Below the pieces are notes generated by a model, which saw only the letters and a list, made by a program, of their open reading frames with translations, did no database searches and was not told where the DNA came from. The translations under genes were made by a program, and so were the position numbers. From Callorhinchus milii (Eukaryota), in the NCBI RefSeq assembly GCF_018977255.1, contig NW_024704754.1, positions 19,096,001 to 19,160,000 on the forward strand: a stretch of DNA of 64,000 nucleotides, written 5' to 3'. This document shows positions 1 through 12,989 of the stretch, in pieces; within the stretch, counting starts at the first letter, position 1, and the number at the start of each line of letters is the position of its first letter.

Positions 1-408
1 TGGCACATTGCGTCTCATCCAATCGTAGGCATTGCGGCGCTGTGCGGTGGGGGAGAGTTGGGGCAATGAGCTGTTGATGGGAGCCAGGATACCAGCAGGT
101 GGGGGCTGCATGGCTGTGAAATCAGCCGGGCTGAAGGCGAGCTGTCCCGGGCCAGAGGGACTGGCCCCATTACCTGTGCCAAACCCGTGCCAGTCATCTC
201 TCCCCGGCGCGTAAGGCGCTGCCCAGGCTGAGGCGGGCTGGACATGGTGAGAGTCGCTGATGCCCGTAACGTGGTGATGATATCCCGAGAAATCCGTGTA
301 CTGGGGGGGCGCGGGCACGAAGTTCTGGGGGGCGATGTTGAGGCTGGTGTGCCTGGAGGGATTGGGGTACATGGCGGCGTCTTTATCCAATAGATAGCTC
401 ACGTACAT
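1..408 (-). CDS. CDX1: Caudal-type homeobox protein, exon 1 (partial; continues off the left edge)
   Basis: Reverse-strand ATG at 408 reads [20 protein letters not shown]...[14 protein letters not shown]: the Cdx N-terminal motif plus the YxWM hexapeptide, with no stop down to base 1. The paralog call CDX1 rests on the head-to-head arrangement with PDGFRB. Absent from the ORF track because it has no stop in the window. Confidence 0.88.
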   Translation of the reverse strand, partial: MYVSYLLDKDAAMYPNPSRHTSLNIAPQNFVPAPPQYTDFSGYHHHVTGISDSHHVQPASAWAAPYAPGRDDWHGFGTGNGASPSGPGQLAFSPADFTAMQPPPAGILAPINSSLPQLSPTAQRRNAYDWMRRNVP

Positions 409-559
409 CTTCCCAAAAGGGCGCCACAGGCATTGTGTAGCCGCCTGTCCCCCACCTGTGTGTGTGAGCGCCCTCCTCCCCTGACTCCCCACTCCCCCCC
501 CCCCCCACGCCCTGGGCGGGCACTCTCTCTCTCTCTCTCTCTAACCTCTCAGGAGAGGC

Positions 560-860
560 GCCCTGACGTCAGGTCACTTTACAGCTCTGTATTTACATGG
601 GGAGGAATGCGCCACTTCAAACACAACCTCAAAGCGCTCGCTGCAGAGCGTTGGGGTGTCATGGGGTGGGGGCAATGGGACACAGGGTATCTGTCACAGG
701 GTCACAGCTAAAGCCATTTGATGTGGACTTTGGGTGAATTCAGTTGAAAGGATTTTTCCCTCCATTAAACTTGGGACACTTTTCAGTTTCTTGCAAATTT
801 TCTCCCTTTTCTCTCCTCTCCCCCTGAGGATGGTGTGAACCTGGGACTTTGATATTGGGC
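560..860 (-). promoter_or_regulatory. Putative CDX1 proximal promoter
   Basis: Lies just upstream of the ATG. Contains palindromic CRE TGACGTCA (564-571) overlapping a nuclear-receptor half-site AGGTCA (571-576), and TCF/LEF-like CTCAAAG (628-634) and CTTTGAT (847-853). Cdx1 is a known Wnt and retinoic acid target. Confidence 0.45.
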
Positions 861-3800
861 AGAGAGAGTTCCAGATAGGACAGATTCCGAGATAGCTGAA
901 GTGCAGACTTGGGGGAGGTGGAGACCAGTCAGCAGGTTTGCGAAGCACTGACAGCCATTATGAGGAAGTCGCCACTAAATTGGTTCCAGTGTACAAGAAA
1001 GAGAGCTGTCAATGTCAACCCCAGAGCCATGAGGCTGATCTCAGTCATTGGAAAACCCAAATAGAATCAATAATAGGAAGCAAACTGGGAGGTTATATGA
1101 AAATGATCTAAGAAACAGCCTTTTTTTAGCTTCACCTGCATGTGGTTGTCCCTCAAGCACAGTGTTCAGTGCTGCATTTGTGCTGTACTTTTTGGGTGGG
1201 AAGTGAAATTGAGGGGAGTCCTGTGAAGCAGTTCAGGTGGACATTAACCATCCAGTGAGAGGCGGTGTTTGGAAGAGGAGCAAAGGGTTTCTCCTGATCA
1301 ATATTCCTCTCTCATCCACATTCACCAACCGGCTAATGAATCATTTCATCTCTGTGTGAGGCGCTGATGACAAACCATTGGCTGCCATGTTTCGTCAGTC
1401 ACTATAATAATAATCCTTGCATTTGATATACTGCATTATCACATCGTTGAGACGTCTCAAAGCGCTTCACATGATATATTGTAAAGTGAATTGACTGTGT
1501 AATTTGTTGGGTGAAAAAAGTTTCTTGATGTGATTGATGTGATGTGTATCAAATGCAAGGATTATTATTTGATAAAGCCATGGTTCAAATTAAATCTTAT
1601 TATATTCTATAAACTTCCTTTGAGGTGGTGGAGTCTGTGGTACACATCCTGACCTGTTGTCATTCCTTTGGTGTCCTGTTGTGTTTATCTCAGAGGGATT
1701 GTCTGCTTGGAAAATGGAGTGAAATATGTGGTTGTTTTCAAAATCTCTCCGTTTGCTGGTCTGTCTGCAAAGTTTATGGTGAAGGGTTTATATATATAAA
1801 GCTGTTTGAGAGACGTTGTAATCTCAACTCTGTTAATTTCCAGATTGTGACAGGAATCCCACAGTCTTATCTATACCTAATGTGTGCACTTCACTGGGAT
1901 CAGAAATTAATATAGGGAGAGCAAATTTAGAGAAAAAAATTATAAATGCATCAATCTTGTGTTTTTAACAAGCAGCACTTACATTGAGGAGAAGGAGATT
2001 ACCAGCCTGGCTTTATTACCTCTTTTCATGTTAATGATTCATTACTGAAAACCGTAATGTGAAAGGAAAAAGGCGAAGGGACAATCTTGTGCGGTTTAGC
2101 AGGGACATTTTTTCCGTGTGTATGTGTTTGTCTGTGTGTGNNNNNNNNNNNNNNNNNNNNNNNNNNNNNNNNNNNNNNNNNNNNNNNNNNNNNNNNNNNN
2201 NNNNNNNNNNNNNNNNNNNNNNNNNNNNNNNNNNNNNNNNNNNNNNNNNNNNNNNNNNNNNNNNNNNNNNNNNNNNNNNNNNNNNNNNNNNNNNNNNNNN
2301 NNNNNNNNNNNNNNNNNNNNNNNNNNNNNNNNNNNNNNNNNNNNNNNNNNNNNNNNNNNNNNNNNNNNNNNNNNNNNNNNNNNNNNNNNNNNNNNNNNNN
2401 NNNNNNNNNNNNNNNNNNNNNNNNNNNNNNNNNNNNNNNNNNNNNNNNNNNNNNNNNNNNNNNNNNNNNNNNNNNNNNNNNNNNNNNNNNNNNNNNNNNN
2501 NNNNNNNNNNNNNNNNNNNNNNNNNNNNNNNNNNNNNNNATGTGTGTGGATGTGGATGTCTACATGTGTGTGCATGTGGAGGTGCACAGCGATATCTGTG
2601 GACGTGTTTGAACCACAGAGCTCTGTAACTGATAGCCATGTGTCTGTCCTCCCCCTGTGGGGTCTCAGGAGACCAGAATAACTCTCCTCTCCGGTCCGAG
2701 CAGTCAATGACCAACTGAGCCACAGGAGGGCGCTGTTTGCTGTGTTTGAGGAAGGGTTTGGGGTTTGGGGTTTGGACCCAGGATGGCCGGAGGAGTGACC
2801 TGGACAGATCCTAAGCTCCTGCTCCGGACGATCCCAGTTGGAGGGAAACCTCCAGAAGAGAGGAAAACAGGAGAAATCAACTGGGGTTTGGGAACATTTA
2901 CCCCGTCCCGTGGGACCTCCCGCCAGGCGAGCTACGAGGAGCTGAGATTTGCCCACAAAACACACAGTCACTACAGTCACAGTGTATTCTGTGAAGTGCT
3001 TTGAGGCATCTTGACAACACGATAAGGCACTATATCAAATGCAATGATTATTATTATTATTATGATAGCAAACCATGGAGACAAACCCACTGAGGTGTAG
3101 TCCTCTGTCAGCCGCAAACTCTGAACACTTATTTTCCAAAACAAAGCTGACTTGCAGTTTTCAACCAAACCGCATTGGTTATTTCTGCAACTGTAAACGC
3201 TTTCTTAAAATAAGCCACTCACAGATGTGCCTTGTTTTCTCTCCACGGTTTCTGCCCCTCGAGGCTTTGACGAGTGAGTGCCAGGATTGGCTTCACTTCC
3301 CCATTCAAACTCTCACTGGGTACTCACGCCAGTGGCTACTCTGTGTGTGAGAGATGAGCCCTGAATGTGGTTGGGAGGATTGATAATAATTCGGCAGATT
3401 TCCCTTCTCCACAACCCAGGGACCTTAGGCCAATGTACCCACCCCAGCGAAGCCACGTACACCAGCACAACCTGGAGATTGATCCCAGCGATTGCACTAC
3501 TCTGTGCAGCTCAGTTACAGCTAAATCCTGACCAGAGGCGAGCCTTGTCATGGTGAACCTCAACCTGCTAATGTAACAAAGGAGAGAAAGTACTTACATT
3601 TTTATAGCACCTAATATCACTGAACCTTCTCTTTATATAGTAACTATTGGCAGTCAGTTAAAACAGTGGCCATTTACACATAGCAATACCTCATACATAG
3701 GAACAGGAGGAAGCCATTCAGCCCCTCGAGCCTGTCCCGCCATTCTATTAGATATGGTTGATCTGTACCTCAACTCCAATTACCCGCCCTTGCCCCATAT

Positions 3801-6800
3801 CCCATAATCTGTGTCCCTAACCCTCTCTGTGTCCCTACACTTACATACAGTGTTGAACAATCAAATTAAATTATGAAACCATATTTATGTTTCAGAAATG
3901 TGACTTCAGTAAAGAAGTTTCACCGGCAGAGCAGAGAACTGCAGGCGAGTTCTGAATGGAGCTGTTTATTGGAGCGAGTAAAGGAGCGTGGGAAAGTGGG
4001 GCCTCTCCAGCTGACACTGGAGAAACCAAGGAGCAGAAATAGTAAAGAGGGATGGAGAGAGCAGAGCCGTGGGAACACTGCCTGGGACTGTCTGACCATC
4101 AGTGCCCGGGAAACAAGTGAGAGACAGAGTTTATAGTAACCTTCATCATAAAATGTAGTGCAGGTTCTAGGGGAAGGAGATGGGCTCTCACCGAGGCTGA
4201 GGCACTTGGGCTAATATTGGGAAACACCAAGGCCATTAGAGCCCAACAAGCTCTCAGTGTGTGGTGTACCCAGCCCCGCCTGCTCGCCATGTCATAAGAA
4301 CAGGAGGAGGCCATTCAGCCCCTCGAGCCTGTGCTGTCATTTTATTACAGATCATGGCTGATCTGTACCTCAAATCCAATGACCCACTTTTGCCCCATAT
4401 CTCTTGATACCCTGACCTAATAAACTTCTATTCACTTCAGTCTTGAAAATTTGAATGGATCCAACATCGGATGTTCCTCCACCCCTTCTCTCCACAAATA
4501 TGGAACCTCCCTGCTCTGTGTGGCTGAGTTCCCTGCCACGTGGAACAGTTACCCACTAGTCTATGGGGAAGGGGAATACATTTGGTCTAATTCCTGTGGT
4601 GTGAGGGTGGATATAGCAGTTGGACGCTGTTGCAGGCTTGTGGTGGTTCTGTGCCCACACATCTTAGCGTTGCTAGCATTGTAAACAGACACTCCCTGTT
4701 CCTAGTCTGGGATCCACTCCGCACACCACCACAGCCTCACAGGTCAGTGAGCCTGACCATGTTTGCAGTTCAAGTCAAAGCAAGAATTTGCACAGCATTT
4801 ATACCGCACTTTTCACATAGGATGGACGTCTCGAAGCAAGAGATTGCAGAGGCACAAGGAGCAAAATAGTGAAGAGGTTTGGAGATCAGGAAGTTTGCAA
4901 CCCAATCCCTCAAAAATAAATATGTATTTATAAATCCCAGAAATGTGTTTCTTTGCCAAGAAATCTCTGAAGATTAACGACAGGAAATTGTTCCATTCTT
5001 AACTTCAATGAAACCAAAGCTACTTCAACCCTGAAAGAGTTAAACAGTTGCCCTGTCCAGTCTGGAGAAGATCTGATGCAGATGTGTGGCGCTATCTTGT
5101 GGACATACTGTGACACTGCACCAGGGCACCTGCCAATGGGTATAAAATTAGGGGCAGGAAAGCAGCCTTGGTTGTTGAGGTAATTGAAGTCATCTCAATG
5201 CAGAGGGTCTCTACTCCCGCCCTGTCCTAGTCTAAATGCCTGAATGACTGGTCCAGGTGATTGTGCATTGGGTCAGGCTCGCCTCAGATATCTCCAATGC
5301 CTCAGATATTCTCCCATGAAGACCATTTTCTCTGGTTGAAGGACTAGATGGCATTGACTCCAGTGTCTATGGAGACAAAGTCCCAGCACCTTCAACAGAA
5401 GAGGGAGGCACTAAGCAAAGAGAGGCTATGTACGTTAGAGACAGAGAGTGTGGCTACAAAGGAGCAAACCACAAGCTAAATTTATCCTCAGAAATAACAT
5501 CTGTGCCTGTAATTGATGCCTTATGGATGGGCTGTTCCCTGGAGCCATAAACACTCACACAGCCAAAACCCCAGCAAGGAATGAGAATTGGGATCCATTC
5601 CTACTGTAGAGTGGAGCAGAGGGATTGGAGCCTGGGTCAGGGAGTGGAAGAGGCAGGATTAAGGGAGGGAGGTGACTGGACTCCTAGCTCCTTATGTTGT
5701 AAGGTTACTGGTTCCGGGACACTGTGTTTGTATGATCATCGTGATCAGTCGGTCACACTCTTGCCTCTGGGTCAGAAAGTTGTGGGGTCAAAACCCCATG
5801 TCCAGACTCCTGTGTAGTCGTCCTTCAGATGAGACACTAATGCGAGGTTCTGTCTGCCTGTTCAGATGGATGTTAAAGATTTCATTAGGGAAGGGACACT
5901 GAGGAGAGTTCCTGTTTATTCAAACCAGTAGTTAATAAGCATGGGCTGGAGTTTTATACAAATGTTGGACCAATATAAGATGTATGTCAATGTGAGCAGG
6001 AGGAGGTGGATTTGTGTCATGGTTAAGTAAAGCTCTGTCTGCCTGAGGGGAGAATGTGCAGATTAATAGACTAAACGGGAAACTGCTCCCAGTGTGGTCT
6101 CAGTTAATGTCCTTCTCCCCTGTTTGCAGTGGTGGGCCGGGTGATTACTGCTCTGACTTTAATACAACATGTGCTTTTGCTCAGAACTGCTATTCAATGA
6201 CGTGCGGGTCAGGCCCTGAGGGACCTTCCGCCCCCTCCCTGTTGGCAGAAGAACATGTTCTGCTCTGAGCCCAGGCATGATTGCCAACCCCAGTGTTGTC
6301 ACCATCCTGTCCCCCACAGCCTTGCCTGACCTTAGGGTTACATCCCACTTCAGAGCTCCTGCTCCGAGCCATGTCACAGCTCTCCAGGATGTCCCAAGGA
6401 GCTGTGTTGAAATATTGGAAATATTCCCAATGTTAGAAAAGAGAAGGGAGTGTCTCTCAGAGTCCTGGATCCTTAATATCCACCTAAACAGTCCCTGACG
6501 GGAGCTCAGTTTAACGTTTCATCTAAAGGATGGCATCTCGACAATACATTGCTCCCCCAGCATTGCACTGAAACATCAGACTTGAGATTGGAAGTCAAGG
6601 CAAAGAAGCTGGGAGTTGTGAGAAGAGGAAGCTGGATGTATGGACAGTCAGGAACATTGGCAATAAGCAGGTTAGGGAGAAAGTGATAGACTGTCCTGGA
6701 GCTCACAACCTCCAACCTATCATCTTCCTTAATCTGTTCAAACAATTTAAATGATCGGTGTTTGCCCGTCAGTGTAAAGTCTGATGTTTAGATGTTATCA

Positions 6801-7028
6801 TTAAAATAAGGACTTTAAGCAACATTATAATCAATGTAAAACATCCCAACAAAAGCTAAATGGAGACAGGACAGTATTTCAGGCTGACGTTGTACTCAGT
6901 GGATTGACTATGGGCAGACATTCCTCTCCAGACAAGGATGAGGAGTTCACAACCTCACAGTGGTTAATGCTTCCCAGCCGGTTCCCGGCATTTAGGACTC
7001 CTAACTAGGTCCATCTGGTCACGTGTGT

Positions 7029-7404
7029 GGTGTCCTGTAGCTCAGTGGTTATAGTGCTCACCTCGCAAGCGAGAGGACCCGGGTTTGATTCCTTGGCAGG
7101 GCGAAACCTTAGGCAAGTTTCCTTACAACCACATGCCTCTGTTTCCTTAGCAGTAAGGAGGAACCTGGTTGTCAGTTGATTGGAGGATCGCTTTTCCAGG
7201 GGTAATAATCCCTTCAAAAACAAAAAATAATAATTTGGTCACTCAATCCACGACTGTTTGTGAGACGCTGCTGTGCACAATTTGCTTGTGTGGTTCACCC
7301 ACAAAATACATATTCAATCCACTTTACAGAATATTCTGTGAAGCGCTTTGAGACGTCTCAACGAATGTGATAAGGCACTATATCAAATGCAGGGATTATT
7401 ATTA
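7029..7404 (+). mobile_element. Full-length tRNA-derived SINE with L2-type 3' tail
   Basis: tRNA-like head (A box TAGCTCAGTGG, B box GGTTTGATTCC), a body, and tail GCGCTTTGAGACGTCTC..AAATGCAGGGATTATTATT. Near-identical copies occur elsewhere in the window. Confidence 0.85.
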
Positions 7405-7639
7405 TGTCTAGGATCTCTCTCTCTCTCCACCCTTTTCTTTGGTGTCAGGAATCACTCTTTTCCAATTCCAGACTCCGATTACACCGTACACAATGTGGAC
7501 AGTTTACTTTTTTGCAAGTTTTTAATCCAACTGTCTTTTTTGGGAAGCGAGTGAGTTGGTGTAGCACATACACACACACACACACACACACATACATACA
7601 CACACTCACATATACACACAGAGCAGACTGAGAACACGA

Positions 7640-8049
7640 GTCAGCTGCCGGCTAGGGTGGACCTTTCACTAAACTTCCTTTTGTATCCCAGAGAGAGCGC
7701 GAGAGAGAGAAGTTCTGGGAAAAGTAGGAAAGACGCCAGACTGAGAGAGAGCACAGTGGGGAGGGAGAGAGAGTCTCTCTCAGTGGCCTCTTGTTTTGAG
7801 TTGCATTTTCTTATCAGCCTGTTTGCTTTCCCAGCATTTAAGTCGGAGGCTTGAAACACATGGCTTTCATTATCTGCTCATCCAGACCAGCTCAACTCAG
7901 CTCAGAAGCCAGTCAATGAGCGAACAAGAGAGAGAGAGTGAGATGTGATGTGAAGGATCCTATGTAACGGGGAATTGTTTCCAAGCAAAAGAAAACCACC
8001 CCCAGAGTTTCTGCTAAAGAAGAGATTGTTTCCCAGCGCCGGCTCCAAG
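7640..8049 (+). other. PDGFRB: Probable non-coding first exon / promoter of PDGFRB
   Basis: Non-repetitive segment after a (CA)n tract, ending in a strong donor CAAG|GTGAG at 8049/8050. PDGFRB orthologs have a non-coding exon 1 and a long intron 1. Start position is approximate. Confidence 0.45.
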
Positions 8050-8511
8050 GTGAGAGGCTATTTTGTGCTCAGCCTGATTCGGAATCTCTTTGCGTTTGTG
8101 TCAGTTTGCTGTCAGATGTGGAAGCGAGTGATGGAACGAGTTTAACAGTGGGTTGAGCTGCGTGTAAGACAGAGCTGGACTCGGGCCAGGGCTGGGTGCT
8201 CTGGGAGACGGATTCACTCCCGGGCCGAGGTGAATCGCTTCAGTCGCTGCCTGCAGTTTATTCTTCAGTCTACAGAAGTGTTCTGAGAAGCTACCCTGCG
8301 TGGAGGGCGCTCTGTAACTGCTAGTTGTTGTTGTATTCTGCAGTTTATTCGGATTTAGACTGTAACAAGGAGGAGCCGGAAAGGGGTGGATTTTCATCTT
8401 TCTGATTTGAAGAAACTTTGATTTCTTGTAAGGTGTAGAGTTTGAAGGATTATTGTTCCTATCATCAGCCTTACCTCCGCTTTATGTGTTGGGGGAGGCG
8501 GACAGAGGTAA

Positions 8512-8740
8512 TCCCTGCTCTCTGTCTCTCTCACCATCGTGTCTGTGCTGGGGCTCGCTCCCCCCCTGGAGCTCTCTACTCTAACCCCATTCCCTGCTCT
8601 CCCTCTCTTCCCCCATGGTGTCTGTGCTGGGGCTCACTCCCCACTGGAGCTCTCGACTTTAACCCCCTTCCCTGCTCTCTCTCTCTCTCTCCCCCCACAT
8701 CATGTCTATGCTGGGGTTCGTTCCCCATGGTGCTCTCTCC
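8512..8740. repeat. Three tandem ~70-bp units (a fourth copy is at ~10299-10372)
   Basis: Unit TCCCTGCTCTC..CATCGTGTCTGTGCTGGGGCTCGCTCCCC..CTGGAGCTCTC..CTCTAACCCC repeated with small changes. Confidence 0.75.
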
Positions 8741-9864
8741 AGTGGGTGGACTCTATGATTCCAGCCGGAATGGAAATATAAAATATTGACAGAAATGACT
8801 CTGCCCAAAACCAGCCCAGTCTGTTCCCCAAATAAAAACAGGAGAAAGTCTGGTTTAATACAAACAGTGCGGAGTCAGAGAGAAAAATAAATCCTGTTTC
8901 ACAGTTTGTTTGAAGACAAACTAATGCAGACATCAGGCTGGCACTGAGATGGCAGTGAGTGATGCAGTTTCCTGGCCACAAGAGCATAGACATAGGCCAT
9001 TTACACCCTCCAGTCAGTGCCAGTCCTACAGTCGAGGGGAAATACTCCTATCCCTGCTCCAGTCTTTCTATCGTCAAACTTAACAAGTAGCAAATGAGGC
9101 AACAAACACAGATTGGGGTTCAGTCCGGTCAATGCCTCTCTGTGTGTGAACTGTCGCTCCTAGCTGCTGCCCCGTGTGAAGGGCGCTATTTAAATGTAAG
9201 TTGTTGTTGTTGACACGGACTTACCTCACTGCCAGGAATTGTTCACATGAGCACAGAGATCAAGAGACCCCGGTGACTCTGACAGAGAAGTGGCCATGAG
9301 CAGTGATGCCGTGGATATAAACAAAGCCAGAGAAATGGTTGGTTGATGGGTGTGTTGAAGTCTGTTGAGGGTATGAGGACGGGTGCAGCCTGAGGCAGGT
9401 GATGGGTCAGGGACAGTGTCTGTGTAACCACACGTTCATCTCCACAACACAGTCCACGGGAAGTTGCTCTGACACAATCCCATCCCGGAGCTGAGTGCAG
9501 GCTGAACGCCCGCTGGGAATTCTAATTAATTCCTTAATAAGGAATAGAAATACTATAGCACATTTTTTCCCCCTCCCTGTGGATGTCAGAGCCACAGGAG
9601 GTTACTGTTACTGAGCAGGAAACACAGACATTCCTGATTTGTGTAACTTACGGGACCCTCTGTTAACATGTGTGATTCACATAAAAATCATCCACTTTAA
9701 TGGTTTTGAAATCCAGGTTTATGTTCAACCAAATTAACACAGGATTTTGCTAATGGATCCAGTTAGGAACCCAGTGGCTTGAAGGAGTGATTGCTCCAGA
9801 CACTCTCTGTGTATTTCTTCCAAATCAGGATCCCATCAATGCTCCCTCGGGCAGTATGTCCTGT

Positions 9865-10249
9865 GGAGTCCTGTAGCTCAGTGGTTAGAGCCCTCGCCTC
9901 ACAAGCGAGAGACCTGGGTTCGATTCTTGGGCAGGGCGAAATGTTGGGCAAGTTTCCTTACTCCACATGCCTCTGTTTACCCAGCAGTAAGTAGGTACCT
10001 GGTTGTTAGTCAATTGGCGGATTGCTTTTCCGGGGATAATAATCCTTTTTTAAAAAAAAGCACAATAATAATTTGGTCACTCAATCCATGACTGTTTGTG
10101 GGACACTGCTGTGTGCAATTGGCTGCCGCATTTCACCCACAAATATATAGTCAGTTCATTTTACAGTATATTCTGTGAAGCGCTTTGAGATGTCTCGAAG
10201 ATGTGACAAAATGCTATATCAAGTGTAAGGATTATTATTATTATTATTA
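9865..10249 (+). mobile_element. Full-length tRNA-derived SINE (same family as 7029)
   Basis: GGAGTCCTGTAGCTCAGTGGTTAGAGC..GGTTCGATTC head and (ATT)n tail. Confidence 0.85.
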
Positions 10250-11636
10250 TGTCCACATTCCATAGACTGATACACACAGAAACTGGCCTTTCAGTCATTG
10301 GAGCTCTCCACTCTAACCTCATTCCCTGCTCTCTCCCCATCGTGTCTGTGCTGGTGCTCGCTCCACACTGGAGTGGGCTGACAGGAATTACTTTCAAGAA
10401 ATCCCATTAAGAAACACAGCAAACTAGAATCCATTAGCCTCCGCTGGGGACTGGCCCCCTCACCCCATTCCCATAACCCTTTCCTAGTATTGCTCCTCAG
10501 TGCGTGTTGTTTTGTCCTGTGACAGGAAGTGAATCGGTTTGTGCAGATGCTGACATATTGGCACTGGACCTAATGCGTGTGAGATGTTCACTGATTATTC
10601 ACATCTGGCTCCCCCACAGCCCTGACTCTCCACACTGACTCTGCACAAAAGTTTCTGCTTCCCATTCACCCTTCCAGTCATCGTTCTTTTCTCGTTGCTC
10701 ATCCATTGAATGATCATCACTGGTTTGTTTCTTATCTGCTGTTTACCCAGCGCTGCTCTGTGTCTGTCTCCTCTCTCCCACCACCGCCAGACGCTCACTC
10801 ACTGCTCGTACAGATAGACCGAGGAGATGGTCAACAAGATGTAAGTGGACGGCTCTTCCCTGAGGTACAAACTGACTTGTTGAGCGAGGCTTCACCCTTA
10901 CAGCTTTTGGGACATTGTGCAGTTTGCGCTGTTTCTTGAGAGAATTCCCTGATAAGGAATCGGCATCAGAAAAAACGAGGATTCCTCCAGGCACCGGAGT
11001 AAGTATCGCGACTGATGGTAATTTGTTTAAGGAATCCCATTAAGAAAGACCACAAATTAGACCCCGTTTCACTTTAGCTGTTGCTGGAGGTGGTGAACTG
11101 TGGGCAGGTCCTCACACTGACATGTCTGAGGTGGAGACAATCTCTCAGAGTTTTCTCTCTCATTTTTCCCACCTGTCTTATCCTTTCATTAACTCTTTCA
11201 TTCCTGCTCTCCTGTTTTTCTCCTGCACTCTCTCTCTCTCGTCTCTCACTCGCGCTCTGATATACAGTATCTGTCAGCCATGATCCTGCGGTTAGATCCT
11301 GTGCTGGTGACTGTACTAGTTAGGGTTGACAGTCACAAGTTCGGCATTTCCTCTGAGATTTGTGGTGATTCTGTCCAGCAAAACCCAGCGGCAGTGATTC
11401 CTGGAGGAGTTACCAGCTTTTTGTTACCATTACTCACAAATGAAGTCTGGGTGTATCAGGGAGAGAGACAGACAGAGAGAGAAAGAGATGCATACACACA
11501 CACACACGTGCATATGCACACACAGTAGGGAGAGAGACACAGCAGAGAGAGAGAGCTTCAAAGAGAGAGTTTAAGAATGTTCCACAAACTGGCACTAACT
11601 TAAATGTTAAGACAAATGGTTTCAACAACAAGGTTC

Positions 11637-12440
11637 CATTTATTGAGCGCCTTTCACGACGGGAGGACGTCCCAAGGCGCTGTACAGTTGGGTCAGGTCC
11701 TGAGCATTGGGGGAAATGGTCAGGGTGAGGGGAGGGAAGGGAGGGAGCGAGGAGGGGGGAAATGGTCAGGGTGAGGGGAGGGAAGGGAGGGAGCGAGGAG
11801 GGGGTAGAGAGTCGAGAGGGGAGCTGAAGGCACGGTCAAAGAGAAAGGTCTTGAGACCGACCTTGAAGGAGGAAAGGGAGGAAGCGGCGAAGGCACTGGG
11901 GGATAGAGTTCCAGAGCCTCAGGGCTGAGAGGCTGAAGGCCCGGCCACCGATGGTAGGGCGGTTGGGGCGGGGGATGTCGAGCAGACCGGAGCCAGAGGA
12001 ACGGAGGGTACGGGCAGGTAGGTAGGGGGATAGTAGGTCAGAGAGGTAGGAGGGAGCGAGGCCGTGAATGGCCTTGTAGGTGAGGATGAGGATCTTGAAT
12101 TCGATCCTCTGGGGGATGGGGAGCCAGTGAAGGCGAGCGAGGGTGGGAGTGATGTGGGCGCGGTGTCTGGTACGGGACAGTACATGAGTTGCAGAGTTCT
12201 GAATGACCTGCAGTGTGGAGGGAGGGCCGGGAAGGCCGGCGAGGAGAGAGTTCCCATAGTCCAGCCTTGAGGTGATAAAGGTGTGGACCAGAGTTTCAGC
12301 CGCGTGAGGGGTGAGGTAATGGCGTAGTCTGGCGACATTCCGGAGGTGATGGAAGGCGGTGCCAGTTGTGGCGCGGATATGAGGGAGAAAGGACAGCTCA
12401 GGGTCGAACAGAACCCCGAGGTTCCTGACCGGCTTTGAGA
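11637..12440 (-). mobile_element. L2-clade LINE 3' fragment (end of ORF2 plus 3'UTR)
   Basis: The minus strand encodes degenerate L2 ORF2 C-terminal motifs (HTFITSRLDY..N, HITPTL..LHWLPIPQRIEFKIL) followed by the L2 3'UTR. Confidence 0.8.
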
Positions 12441-12989
12441 GGTGGAGAGTGCAGCCTTGGATGCTGATGCTGTCAGCATCAGGCTAAGAGTAAGAGAAAT
12501 TTCAGGCCTCAATAGCAAAATTTCCGTGACTAAATTGAGTGAGAATTATAAACAGTCCAGGACACCCCCCACCCATCCCCCTCAGTTTGTGTCTCCGTTT
12601 AACTTATTTCGTTTGACTAAAGATAAGATCAAAATATGGAAAAACCTTGTTTCAAACAAAGTGTCTCAGGACTGACAGTTAATGACTGTTTGTCCTGGAG
12701 TTTGAGGAGTTTTGGTGGCAACTGTTGATACCATAAACTGTACCGTGGATTGGAAATTCACCCGAGCTGCTCAAAATCTTAATAGATTCATCATCAGTGT
12801 CAAAGTGGCTTCCTGTGACAAGCCTTTGATGTGAGATTGTGTCCTGTCACTGACTAATAATAATAATTGTCATTGAGACGTCTCAAAACATTTCATAAGG
12901 TGTACTATGAAGTGCATTGACTGTGCATTTTGTAGGCCAAACACGGCAGCCAATTTGAGCACAGCAGTGAACCCACAAACAGTCATCGA

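Noticed and set aside
2031-2980. ORFs spanning the N run (also at 30285-31178 and 45074-45415)
   Set aside because: Artefacts of assembly gaps flanked by microsatellites.
3873-4136. 87-aa ORF with an apparent acceptor, considered as a ParaHox-neighbour remnant
   Set aside because: No recognisable similarity in any frame and no partner exons.
7029-7101. tRNA-Ala-like gene (also at 9865 and 14777)
   Set aside because: It runs directly into a SINE body and L2 tail and has mismatched stems, so it is a SINE head rather than a tRNA gene.
11919-12518. 199-aa minus-strand ORF
   Set aside because: Off-frame reading of a decayed L2 ORF2 fragment.
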